From IMG/VR virus record IMGVR_UViG_3300030708_002291, positions 1 to 53,406 of that record: DNA of 53,406 bases. One strand, given 5' to 3'. This DNA is from a virus (lineage: Duplodnaviria > Caudoviricetes). Under the pieces are notes generated by a model. The model did not search any database. It was not told the origin of the DNA and saw nothing but the letters and a program-made list of their open reading frames with translations. Position 1 is the first letter of the stretch. Every line of letters begins with the position of its first letter. Positions 1 to 7,360 of the stretch are shown piece by piece. Both the position numbers and the translations under genes were made by a program.

Positions 1-357
1 CCTACCCCCGCCACTACCTAGAAATTCAGGGCCCCTTTGACGCCTTGCCAATCTAGCAGGCGATCCTATGGAGAGATCCGCATCGTGCATCGCCTCATGC
101 ATGATGGTTCTCATGATTTCATCTTGCGCTGATCTGCTCCCTCTGCGAAATACCGGAAGTTGGATGAATGAGTTGTCAGTCACAACCCTGTCTCTAGGCG
201 AGTATTCCAGATTCCCCTCCGAGTCGTATCCAATGGGGACTCGATACTTGTATTCCTCAAGACCGGGAGATGAATAGCCACGGGCCCCCTTGGATCCTTG
301 GTCATCGAAGCGAAAGTCGATCTTAGAGAGATTCCAAGCCTTGTCGAACGCACTCAT
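1..357 (-). CDS. Leader-tagged putative zincin metalloprotease (partial, runs off the left edge; not in the ORF track)
   Basis: Manual translation from ATG at 357 gives MSAFDKAWNLSKIDFRFDD...EIMRTIMHEAMHDADLS with no stop before base 1. Contains HExxH and the shared AFxxAW leader. Confidence 0.7.
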   Translation of the reverse strand, partial: MSAFDKAWNLSKIDFRFDDQGSKGARGYSSPGLEEYKYRVPIGYDSEGNLEYSPRDRVVTDNSFIQLPVFRRGSRSAQDEIMRTIMHEAMHDADLSIGSPARLARRQRGPEFLGSGGGR

Positions 358-362
358 TCCAA

Positions 363-1751
363 TCAGACTCCATCAGGGTATTTCAAGTGGCATTCGTCGC
401 ACATGCCCTCGTTATCAGCATGATCGTACACATCCATATCTTTATCGCATCCGTAGCAACCATATCTGGCCAATTCGGTCAAGTCGCCCTCACTCAAGTC
501 GTAAGGGGTTTTAGCCGCTCCCATCGCCTCAGGGCTGAAATACTCAACCCGACCATCAATGCCGTGAAAAACCTCGTATGCGACGGGCAGGACAGTCCCA
601 TCGGCCAGTTCAAAATCGCGCATTTGCTGAATTTCCTTGGATGACCTAATATTTCCATATTCAGGGTGATACAGATGCAGATCCCAATCCATCGAATCTA
701 TCGGAGCCTCCTCCTTCAAGACATCCCAAGCCTCGCGGAAGATCTCACCCTCCGATCTCCTCATTATCTGGAAGTCCTCTGGGAACGCCTCCGTCCCGAC
801 AGACACGTCTCCCATGTCCTCCATCGGCCCGAACTCCCTGTCGATCCTGTCTAAACGCCTTCTCTCCTGCATGGTGTTGAGCAGGTCGGCGGCCTCTGAG
901 GACAGCAGTCGCCTAAAGGCAGCAGCGGCCTCAGGTTCCATCTGTCGAGTGAGAGCATCTGCGAACACGGGCGTGTCCTCCCCAGCGCCCTCCGGCTTGG
1001 CCAGAGCGGTCAGACGCTTGGTGTCGCTCGCCTTCGCGCCGCGTGTCCTCGGCAGATACTGGCCACCGAATCCATCGAGTTCGTATCTGGTGGTATCATA
1101 GAAGTCCTCCATAATTCTAGGCGGCCTCGCTCTGCCTTGGTCCGTCAACCTCCCCAAATCCCTGACTGGCACATCCATCAGTCTGGCGTTTATCAATGCC
1201 CTCATGGTATCATATACGCTTGTCTTTGTGTTTCCACTCTTCTTTTTAGCATCTTCATTGATCATATTGAAGTGGTGGTCGGGAAGAAAATAGCCGTCTT
1301 GCCTCCTGCCTTGCACCACCCTCATATGATCGGTGTCAGATGTCTCATCTGCGATCTCCTCACGGGTCTTCACCCCGTCTCTGACATCCTGCAAGTTCTG
1401 CGACATCGTAGTGAGCGTGTCTATCTCCTCCTCTGGAGTGCCGAAATTGAACGACTCAGGGACGAGTCCCGCCTCACGGGCGAGTATGTTGTCCTCTCTG
1501 AAATCCTCTGGACGGTTAGAGCCCCCGGCGGCACTCACCAACTCGTCATATTCCAATGGCCTGTTGAACTCCAAAGCCATTCTGGCAGCGTTGAGGGCAG
1601 GCCCCTCGTTGAAGAAGCCGGTTTTGTAGTGGGGCGTGTTGTAAAACCAATCCCGATTCAGAAAATGCATGTATCTGTCGCCAGCGGAGGGCGCATCCTG
1701 ACCCGGTGTCCTGATCGTATCCCGGTTGAATCGCCGTCTGACCATGGTCAA
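363..1751 (-). CDS. Hypothetical protein (462 aa) with an internal FREAWDVLK tag before a C-terminal module ending in two CxxC
   Basis: Long ORF overlapping the upstream gene by ATGA; internal copy of the leader motif; CYGC...CDEC at the C-terminus. Confidence 0.75.
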   Translation of the reverse strand: MTMVRRRFNRDTIRTPGQDAPSAGDRYMHFLNRDWFYNTPHYKTGFFNEGPALNAARMALEFNRPLEYDELVSAAGGSNRPEDFREDNILAREAGLVPESFNFGTPEEEIDTLTTMSQNLQDVRDGVKTREEIADETSDTDHMRVVQGRRQDGYFLPDHHFNMINEDAKKKSGNTKTSVYDTMRALINARLMDVPVRDLGRLTDQGRARPPRIMEDFYDTTRYELDGFGGQYLPRTRGAKASDTKRLTALAKPEGAGEDTPVFADALTRQMEPEAAAAFRRLLSSEAADLLNTMQERRRLDRIDREFGPMEDMGDVSVGTEAFPEDFQIMRRSEGEIFREAWDVLKEEAPIDSMDWDLHLYHPEYGNIRSSKEIQQMRDFELADGTVLPVAYEVFHGIDGRVEYFSPEAMGAAKTPYDLSEGDLTELARYGCYGCDKDMDVYDHADNEGMCDECHLKYPDGV

Positions 1752-2251
1752 TCACCCCTCTCCTCGTTCATTCGCCTGAGTTTCTTCATCATCTCCTGCA
1801 TCTGGTCGCTATACATCGGGTTGTCATACATCATGATGCCGGGATTGCCTGCCGACCTGTCCTCGTTCGACGGTCTTCCTCTGGCTTCTATGTTCGGGAG
1901 GATGTCTTCACGGGGAATGGGCTCTGATGACTCCACGACATCACCCTCTCTCGTCTTGTAGTCCGAGCCCATCAAGAGGGGTATCATCATGGGGCTGTGA
2001 TCTCCGGCGGGCTCGATTCGCGGGTCGCCCTCGTCACGCCAGAACGGTATATTCGCTATTCTGGGAGAATCCTGCCTCGCGTATGACATCCACCTCGCAG
2101 AGAGATCAGGGTCCTTGGTTGCATACACCACTCCATCCATTCCGGGCTTTATCCCCTCAGATAGGATGGACATGAGGTTGTCCTCTGGCGTTGCATGGTA
2201 GTACCAAGGCGCTTTCACAAGATTCCAAGCCGCTGTGAAGGCGTCCGCCAT
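1748..2251 (-). CDS. Leader-tagged ADP-ribosyltransferase-fold protein (Tpt1/KptA-like H-x-T class)
   Basis: MADAFTAAWNLVK leader followed by YYHATPEDNLMSILSEGIKPG...VYAT, matching the YHxT...I..EG(L/I)...VY(L/A)(S/T) pattern of ART-fold domains. Confidence 0.6.
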   Translation of the reverse strand: MADAFTAAWNLVKAPWYYHATPEDNLMSILSEGIKPGMDGVVYATKDPDLSARWMSYARQDSPRIANIPFWRDEGDPRIEPAGDHSPMMIPLLMGSDYKTREGDVVESSEPIPREDILPNIEARGRPSNEDRSAGNPGIMMYDNPMYSDQMQEMMKKLRRMNEERGD

Positions 2252-2518
2252 GGTCGTTCATGCATTACAATGCTTGAGAAGGGTTTCGGATCGACAGGAA
2301 TGACAGGAATTCTCCGAGAAAATTTTTCCGCGTATTTTTTCAGGGCCCATTGGCTGCATTGAATCCTGTCAGGGCTGTCAGAAAAAAAATCACGAAAATA
2401 TCCGCCGAGCGTATGTGGTCAGGGGCGCGGGTCGCACGAAAAAAAAAAAAAATTGGGCCTGCAAGCGGAGAAAAAATCGTGGTACTGCGCCCCGATTCCC
2501 ACGCCCAGCCCCCACCAG

Positions 2519-2539
2519 CGCCCACCTGAAAGGTGGGCG
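2519..2539. repeat. Perfect inverted repeat CGCCCACCT-GAA-AGGTGGGCG
   Basis: 9-bp stem with a 3-nt loop, read directly from the sequence. Confidence 0.9.
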
Positions 2540-2604
2540 TGTACGGGCCGGGTGTAGGGGCTCAGTGGTGCGGTTTGGGGGGGTGGCGCACCCACTCGCC
2601 CACC

Positions 2605-2812
2605 CATTGCCCGCATTGCCTGAGGTTTTTTTTCTCGCATTGCCCGCATTGCCCAGCACCCCCACCAAACCACCTCTCCAACGATCAAAATCCGGGCGTT
2701 TTCAGGCCTGTTTTTGGTGCTGGGTGGGCAGGTGGGGGGACGTGCCCGGCCACGCCCAGCAACCCCCATCCAGAGCCCCAGAATCGGGGTTGTCAGCATT
2801 GCCAGCATTGCC
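2605..2812 (+). repeat. Three tandem pairs of CATTGCC with 9-nt period
   Basis: CATTGCC at 2605, 2614, 2638, 2647, 2797 and 2806. Confidence 0.9.
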
Positions 2813-2952
2813 AGTATTCCCCACCGACCCACCGCACCACCCACCAACCGGCGCTGATGGTGGGGGTATAGTGGGGGAGGATGGGTTGGTGGTCTAGCCC
2901 AAGACCGATGCCCTGAGAGCCTGTATGCGAGCCAATAGCGACGTGTATATGT

Positions 2953-2979
2953 TGGACATTATGGACATAATTGACACTG
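2953..2979 (+). repeat. Three imperfect 9-nt tandem repeats (TGGACATTA/TGGACATAA/TTGACACTG)
   Basis: Read directly; inverted TGTCCA/TGTCAA copies occur at about 3068-3080, 3121 and 3151. Confidence 0.75.
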
Positions 2980-3211
2980 GCCTTTACTGATACTCTGGCA
3001 CTCTCCCCAGACATCCTTAGAGCCCCTCTCTCCCCCCTCCCATTTCCCCTCTCTCTTATCCGGCCAATGTCAAGTGTCCAAGATAGCCCCAGAACCGATG
3101 CACTGCTAAGGTGGACAGCATGTCAAACATGGGCTGCGATTCGGCCATTATGTCCATCGAAAACCGAAACCCCGGAATCGAACCACTTCCGACATGGATG
3201 GCATGGGATAG

Positions 3212-3403
3212 ATGAACACATACAGAACACGACACAGAAACGACGCACTGCCCTGCAATGAATGCCTGAAGAGAGAGGCCGAGAAGCAGCGATTGAGAGC
3301 CCGGAGGATTGCCATCGCCAAATGGCTGGTTTCGATCATCTTTCAGGGGCTCTATCCGCTGTTTTTGGTTGTCTCCATAACCGAGGGTTGGATGGTGATT
3401 TGA
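3212..3403 (+). CDS. Small hypothetical protein, possible C-terminal membrane helix
   Basis: 63-aa ORF with CxxC and a hydrophobic tail; first ORF of the plus arm. Confidence 0.35.
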   Translation: MNTYRTRHRNDALPCNECLKREAEKQRLRARRIAIAKWLVSIIFQGLYPLFLVVSITEGWMVI

Positions 3404-3519
3404 TGAGGGAAAATTCAGTCAACAAGATTCTCCCCCCCTTAGTCCCCCCAATTTCCGAGTGCTTGATAACCCCCGACGGCTTCGATGACACCAGCCCACA
3501 GGGCGACGGAAGTGAAAAT

Positions 3520-4902
3520 ATGAATGCAAAAACCGTGAATGCAACGACAAAAACGACGAACGAGAAGCCTGAGGCCAAGAGATTGAGCCCTAAGGAGTGG
3601 AAGAAGGCCATGGAAGAAAAGTCCACCCAACTCATCTGGGACCGAGTGGTGGCCCCGATGCTTGAAGGGGACCTTCCCTCATGGAGCAAACCGTGGAAGG
3701 CGCAATACACCGTGTTTGGCAGCACCCAGACTCGGAAGGTGGACCTAGACCCCAACAGGCCATTCTGTGTTGACCATGATTCAGCAGCCCATTGTGTTGG
3801 ATACCGTGGCTTCAATCGGTCCATGCTGGGCCTGTTTGCTGGCGAGAGTGCCATCCCGGCATTCGGCACAGCGAAGCAGTGGGTGAAGGTGGCAAAGCGC
3901 ATCGCCAAGATGAAGGGCGAATCCACCAAGGACATGCCACTGGTCATCCCTGATGAGAACCAATCGATGTGCATTCCTCTGATGAGGCCACAGGAGAACA
4001 AGAACGTGTTTCTGGGCAGGTACGAGATCATGGGGAAGGACGGGAAGCCCATCATGGTCAAGTGCAAGAAAACAGGAGAGATGAAGCCCAAGACCAAGGC
4101 ACGATTCGGCATCAACTGGGGCGTCTGGAACTTCTTTGTGGTGTTCCCCTTTGAGGCTACCAACCTTGACCTGAATGATGTGATGAACTGCATCAAGTGG
4201 GAGAAGAAGGAGCAGGAGGAATTCGTCCCTGAGACTATCCTCAGGATGGACGAACTCATCAGGAGATGCGATGACCTTGAGAGCCTTGAGGGAGCCCAAG
4301 AACTGGCCCAGAAGATGCTGGCTCATGTGGCTCTGGCAGGTGGCCTGAAGCATGGAGGAGACAGGGCGTACTACACGCCGATGGCCGATGCAATCCAGAT
4401 GCCTAAGGCAGAGGATTTCAAGGGCAGCGACAACGCCCAGAAGTTGGCCCGATATGCCCACACTCTGTGCCATGAATTCAGCCATGCCACGGGCCACCAC
4501 AGCAGGCTCCGCCGTGACCTGTTGAACGGCAAGAGCAGCGAGAAGTATGCAAGGGAGGAACTGGTGGCCGAGATATCAGCGGTCATTTGCTGTGCCTCCT
4601 TAGGGATTGAAACCGAGGGGCCACAACATGCCACATACCTCAAGGGCTGGGCCAACAGGGTGGTCGGACCATCCCTTAGGGCTGAGAATGAGAATGCATG
4701 GAAGGAGGCTTGCTGGAAGGTCATGAGAGACGCCCAATCCGCTGCGGAGTGGGTGGCATACGGAACCATCCCAGAGGGCATCCAGAGACGCCTCAATGCC
4801 GAGGCAGCAGCCAAGGCCAAGGGGGAGGAAGTAGCCGTCCCAGACGCCGCAGGAAACGCCCCAGAGGTATCCTACGACAACCCATTGGAGGTGGTCGCTT
4901 GA
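3520..4902 (+). CDS. ArdC-like antirestriction/ssDNA-binding protein with C-terminal zincin (MPTase) domain
   Basis: PSWSKPW and YRGFN in the N-terminal domain; GGDRAYY..D.IQMP, HEFSHATGH.SRL.R and YAREELVAE in the C-terminal domain. Start moved to ATG 3520 behind GGAAGTGA. Confidence 0.85.
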   Translation: MNAKTVNATTKTTNEKPEAKRLSPKEWKKAMEEKSTQLIWDRVVAPMLEGDLPSWSKPWKAQYTVFGSTQTRKVDLDPNRPFCVDHDSAAHCVGYRGFNRSMLGLFAGESAIPAFGTAKQWVKVAKRIAKMKGESTKDMPLVIPDENQSMCIPLMRPQENKNVFLGRYEIMGKDGKPIMVKCKKTGEMKPKTKARFGINWGVWNFFVVFPFEATNLDLNDVMNCIKWEKKEQEEFVPETILRMDELIRRCDDLESLEGAQELAQKMLAHVALAGGLKHGGDRAYYTPMADAIQMPKAEDFKGSDNAQKLARYAHTLCHEFSHATGHHSRLRRDLLNGKSSEKYAREELVAEISAVICCASLGIETEGPQHATYLKGWANRVVGPSLRAENENAWKEACWKVMRDAQSAAEWVAYGTIPEGIQRRLNAEAAAKAKGEEVAVPDAAGNAPEVSYDNPLEVVA

Positions 4903-4934
4903 ACAACACAAACAACAACCAAGGAAGTGAGAAA

Positions 4935-5237
4935 ATGAATGGAAACAATGAGATGAAAACAACGACGAAAACGACGACTGAGAAGCCAGTTATGATCTGG
5001 ATTTGCTATGAGACATCTGGCGGCATACCTGAGGTTATGCTGGCAGGGGACGAGGCAGCAGCCCGGCAATGGTGGAAGTGGAACGTGGAGGACCGCTTCG
5101 ATGAGGAGCCATGCCAATACAACGATGGCATCACGGCACTGACTTCATGGGACGAGGGCCATGGTTTCTATGGCTCCAGCGAGGGCACAGAGTATCGCAT
5201 TGCTGTCATGCCCTTCACCAAGGGGGTGGCTGCTTGA
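4935..5237 (+). CDS. Hypothetical protein with N/T/K-rich N-terminus
   Basis: ATG after GGAAGTGA; alternative coupled TTG start at 4899. Confidence 0.7.
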   Translation: MNGNNEMKTTTKTTTEKPVMIWICYETSGGIPEVMLAGDEAAARQWWKWNVEDRFDEEPCQYNDGITALTSWDEGHGFYGSSEGTEYRIAVMPFTKGVAA

Positions 5238-5548
5238 AGACCAACATCCTGATTGAGATTGGAAGCCCATCTGGCAGCACCACGGAATTCTACAACAGGA
5301 GCGTCGAGTTGGCTATCCCTAAGGAGTTGGTTCAGGACTTCGTGGACACCATCATCGAATACGCCGGTACTGAGGCCAAGGAGGACCATTGGCAGGTGGA
5401 GGTACAGAAGCACGAATGGAAGCCCTCAGGATGGCGTGTATCGGGCAGGAAACCGACAGCCCATGAGTGGGAGTGCATCCACTGTGGGGAGGTGGTCGAG
5501 GACGGCCACAAGGCTCCCTCGGAATACTGTGAGGAGGCGGTCTATTGA
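5234..5548 (+). CDS. Hypothetical protein with C-terminal CxxC
   Basis: TTGA overlap with the upstream stop; GGGGGTG ribosome-binding site. Confidence 0.65.
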   Translation: MKTNILIEIGSPSGSTTEFYNRSVELAIPKELVQDFVDTIIEYAGTEAKEDHWQVEVQKHEWKPSGWRVSGRKPTAHEWECIHCGEVVEDGHKAPSEYCEEAVY

Positions 5549-5805
5549 GTGGCTACATGAGCGATGTTCTGGTCTGGAAAATCAGGGATGAACTGGACCC
5601 TCCATACCCCGGCTATGTGATGTTCTCATCGAGCGGAGCGGAGGAAAATATCGATCATCTGGTCGAGTATTGCGACCTTGACCCTAAGGACATCGAGGAG
5701 ATGGAGTATGGGGAGCAGGATACGGTCTGGATACCCCTTGAGGAGATGAAGCATGTTGACCCGAAGGAGTACGAGAGAATCATGTCCCTAAGGAGGGATG
5801 CCTGA
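5545..5805 (+). CDS. Acidic hypothetical protein
   Basis: TTGA coupling; GGAGG ribosome-binding site. Confidence 0.65.
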   Translation: MSGYMSDVLVWKIRDELDPPYPGYVMFSSSGAEENIDHLVEYCDLDPKDIEEMEYGEQDTVWIPLEEMKHVDPKEYERIMSLRRDA

Positions 5806-6147
5806 ATGAGTGCCCCAGAGCATTACCTGAGCCAACCGTATTGGCATGACCATCCATGGGACTACGAGGCCATGGGCCACAAGCCCGATGGAGTCAGGCC
5901 ATGTCAAGCCTGCTCCAAGCCAATCGACAGTGGTTGGGTGACGGAGTGTGGCAACGGTCCTTGGTGTTCCCCAGAGTGCATGGGATGGGACGACAGGAAC
6001 GTCATGGAGGAGGACTTGGAGGTCATCGGAGATAGCCTCTATTTCACCGAGTGGGTCGAGTCAAACGACAGCCCGGAGTGGAGGGCCGAGCAGAGGGCCT
6101 ACTACCAAGACGAATGGGACGATCTGGGAGAGGAGGTGGTCGCTTGA
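5806..6147 (+). CDS. Zn-finger protein (CxxC...WCSxxC, FCS/TRASH-like)
   Basis: CQAC...WCSPEC; resembles the protein at 30829-31044. Confidence 0.65.
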   Translation: MSAPEHYLSQPYWHDHPWDYEAMGHKPDGVRPCQACSKPIDSGWVTECGNGPWCSPECMGWDDRNVMEEDLEVIGDSLYFTEWVESNDSPEWRAEQRAYYQDEWDDLGEEVVA

Positions 6148-6257
6148 GTTGTAAGATTGTGATCCCCAATGGTGATGACATCCCATGGCAGGTCATGGAG
6201 TTGATGGACAAAATGGGCGTCGAGTATTGGGTTGTCGAGACGGAGGTGGGCGCATGA
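6144..6257 (+). CDS. Small hypothetical protein (37 aa)
   Basis: TTG start coupled to the upstream stop; ends in a GGAGGTG site and ATGA overlap. Confidence 0.5.
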   Translation: MSCKIVIPNGDDIPWQVMELMDKMGVEYWVVETEVGA

Positions 6258-6457
6258 AGAGGTTCCCAAAGTCGAAGGCCAAGATACAGGCACTGAACAT
6301 CTGTATTCACCAATACACATGGGTGGCAGGTTGTGGTGCAGAGTGGGCCATATCAGAGGGGACTGATACATTCGGTGCGCCTATCATTTGCACAGTGGAT
6401 GATATCGATTGGGCCATGGAATACCTAGACGAGAGATGCCAGAAGGTGACAGCATGA
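6254..6457 (+). CDS. Hypothetical protein
   Basis: ATGA coupling at both ends. Confidence 0.6.
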   Translation: MKRFPKSKAKIQALNICIHQYTWVAGCGAEWAISEGTDTFGAPIICTVDDIDWAMEYLDERCQKVTA

Positions 6458-6729
6458 ATCAGAGCCAGATTAGGACCCTCCTTAGGGGGAATGGGGCCAT
6501 CAGCACCAAGGAGGCATTCTATCCAGAGGATGGGCTGGCCCTGAAGCACCCTAGATACATCACATACCAACTCGGACAGTGCTGTGTCAGGAATGCTGAG
6601 ATGAAAAGCAGGTCGGCGCACTACTGCCGATCATGCGGCATGAGCCGGAGACTGGCTCACAGGATGATGGCTGAAGGTGTCGTGTTCCTTCAGTCGGAGA
6701 TTATCTCCATCGGTGGGGTGGAGATTTGA
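6454..6729 (+). CDS. Hypothetical protein with a Cys cluster
   Basis: ATGA coupling; CC...CRSC. Confidence 0.6.
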   Translation: MNQSQIRTLLRGNGAISTKEAFYPEDGLALKHPRYITYQLGQCCVRNAEMKSRSAHYCRSCGMSRRLAHRMMAEGVVFLQSEIISIGGVEI

Positions 6730-7031
6730 ACACGGAAAACAACAAACAAGGAAGTGAAAAAATGAATGAAAACAACGATATGAAAACAACGCAAAGAACG
6801 ATGAACGACAAACACGAAGGCCGAGAAGCATTGAGACAATATCTCTCTAGTGCTAAGTTCGATCTTCGTATGAAGCCCCATTTTGAAACATACGTGGACC
6901 TGCTCGCAGAGGTCAAGCGGCTGCGTAAGGAATTGAGCGAGGCAGAGGATGTCATTCAGATTGCTCTTGACCACACAAAGAATGACGATGACAGGAGATT
7001 GTTTGAGGACTTCTTGGAGGTGGTCGCTTGA
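6726..7031 (+). CDS. Hypothetical coiled-coil protein with N/T/K-rich N-terminus
   Basis: Shares a 45-nt 5' block with the gene at 4935; LLAEVKRLRKEL coiled coil. Confidence 0.65.
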   Translation: MNTENNKQGSEKMNENNDMKTTQRTMNDKHEGREALRQYLSSAKFDLRMKPHFETYVDLLAEVKRLRKELSEAEDVIQIALDHTKNDDDRRLFEDFLEVVA

Positions 7032-7360
7032 GTCAGCCATACGGACAGGACTTCATCTACCTCCTGAATTATGCCAAGAGTATGGGCATCGAGCCCAGCC
7101 CGTCGAACGTGGGGCCCGGAGAGCCCTCTTCCCATGTCTTCTCAGAGGAGGAGGTGCTGAAGATGAGGGACGAGTTGGAGATGTGCCAAATGATCATCCA
7201 GCACTTCGACAATGAGTTCAGGAAGATGCACCAGAGCCTGAATCAGGCCCAGAAGAACATGGAGGAGATTGCCCGGTATCGGCTGTCTTGGATGGGGTTG
7301 CCATCGAATGGAGGAGGCCGAACGGCAATGATGAGGAAATTGAAGGAGATGGTTGAATGA
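7028..7360 (+). CDS. Hypothetical protein
   Basis: TTGA and ATGA coupling. Confidence 0.65.
   Translation: MSQPYGQDFIYLLNYAKSMGIEPSPSNVGPGEPSSHVFSEEEVLKMRDELEMCQMIIQHFDNEFRKMHQSLNQAQKNMEEIARYRLSWMGLPSNGGGRTAMMRKLKEMVE

Larger units (their letters stand above)
2252..3210. promoter_or_regulatory. Divergent non-coding control region (candidate origin, genome end or packaging site)
   Basis: Genes diverge on either side; no credible ORF; A-tracts, G/C runs, 9-nt tandem repeats and a perfect hairpin. Confidence 0.6.
4887..7031 (+). promoter_or_regulatory. Repeated 16-nt gene junction GGAGGTGGTCGCTTGA (Shine-Dalgarno plus overlapping TGA stop and TTG start)
   Basis: Exact copies at 4887-4902, 6132-6147 and 7016-7031; variants at many other early junctions. 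Confidence 0.85.

Noticed and set aside
2600-2815. Possible CRISPR or mini-array in the CATTGCC repeats
   Set aside because: Units are 7-9 nt in tandem with no 25-40 nt repeats or unique spacers.
2340-3339. ORFs of 60-160 aa on both strands in the control region
   Set aside because: Low-complexity translations of DNA repeats (GNAGNA, PALPAL), with no ribosome-binding sites or coupling.
3262-3519. N-terminal extension of the 546-aa ORF
   Set aside because: Better start at ATG 3520 with a ribosome-binding site and the shared A-rich block; the extension overlaps another ORF and a likely promoter gap.
4887-7031. EVVA C-termini as a protein degradation or sorting tag
   Set aside because: Explained by the overlapping GGAGGTG Shine-Dalgarno sequence of the next gene.
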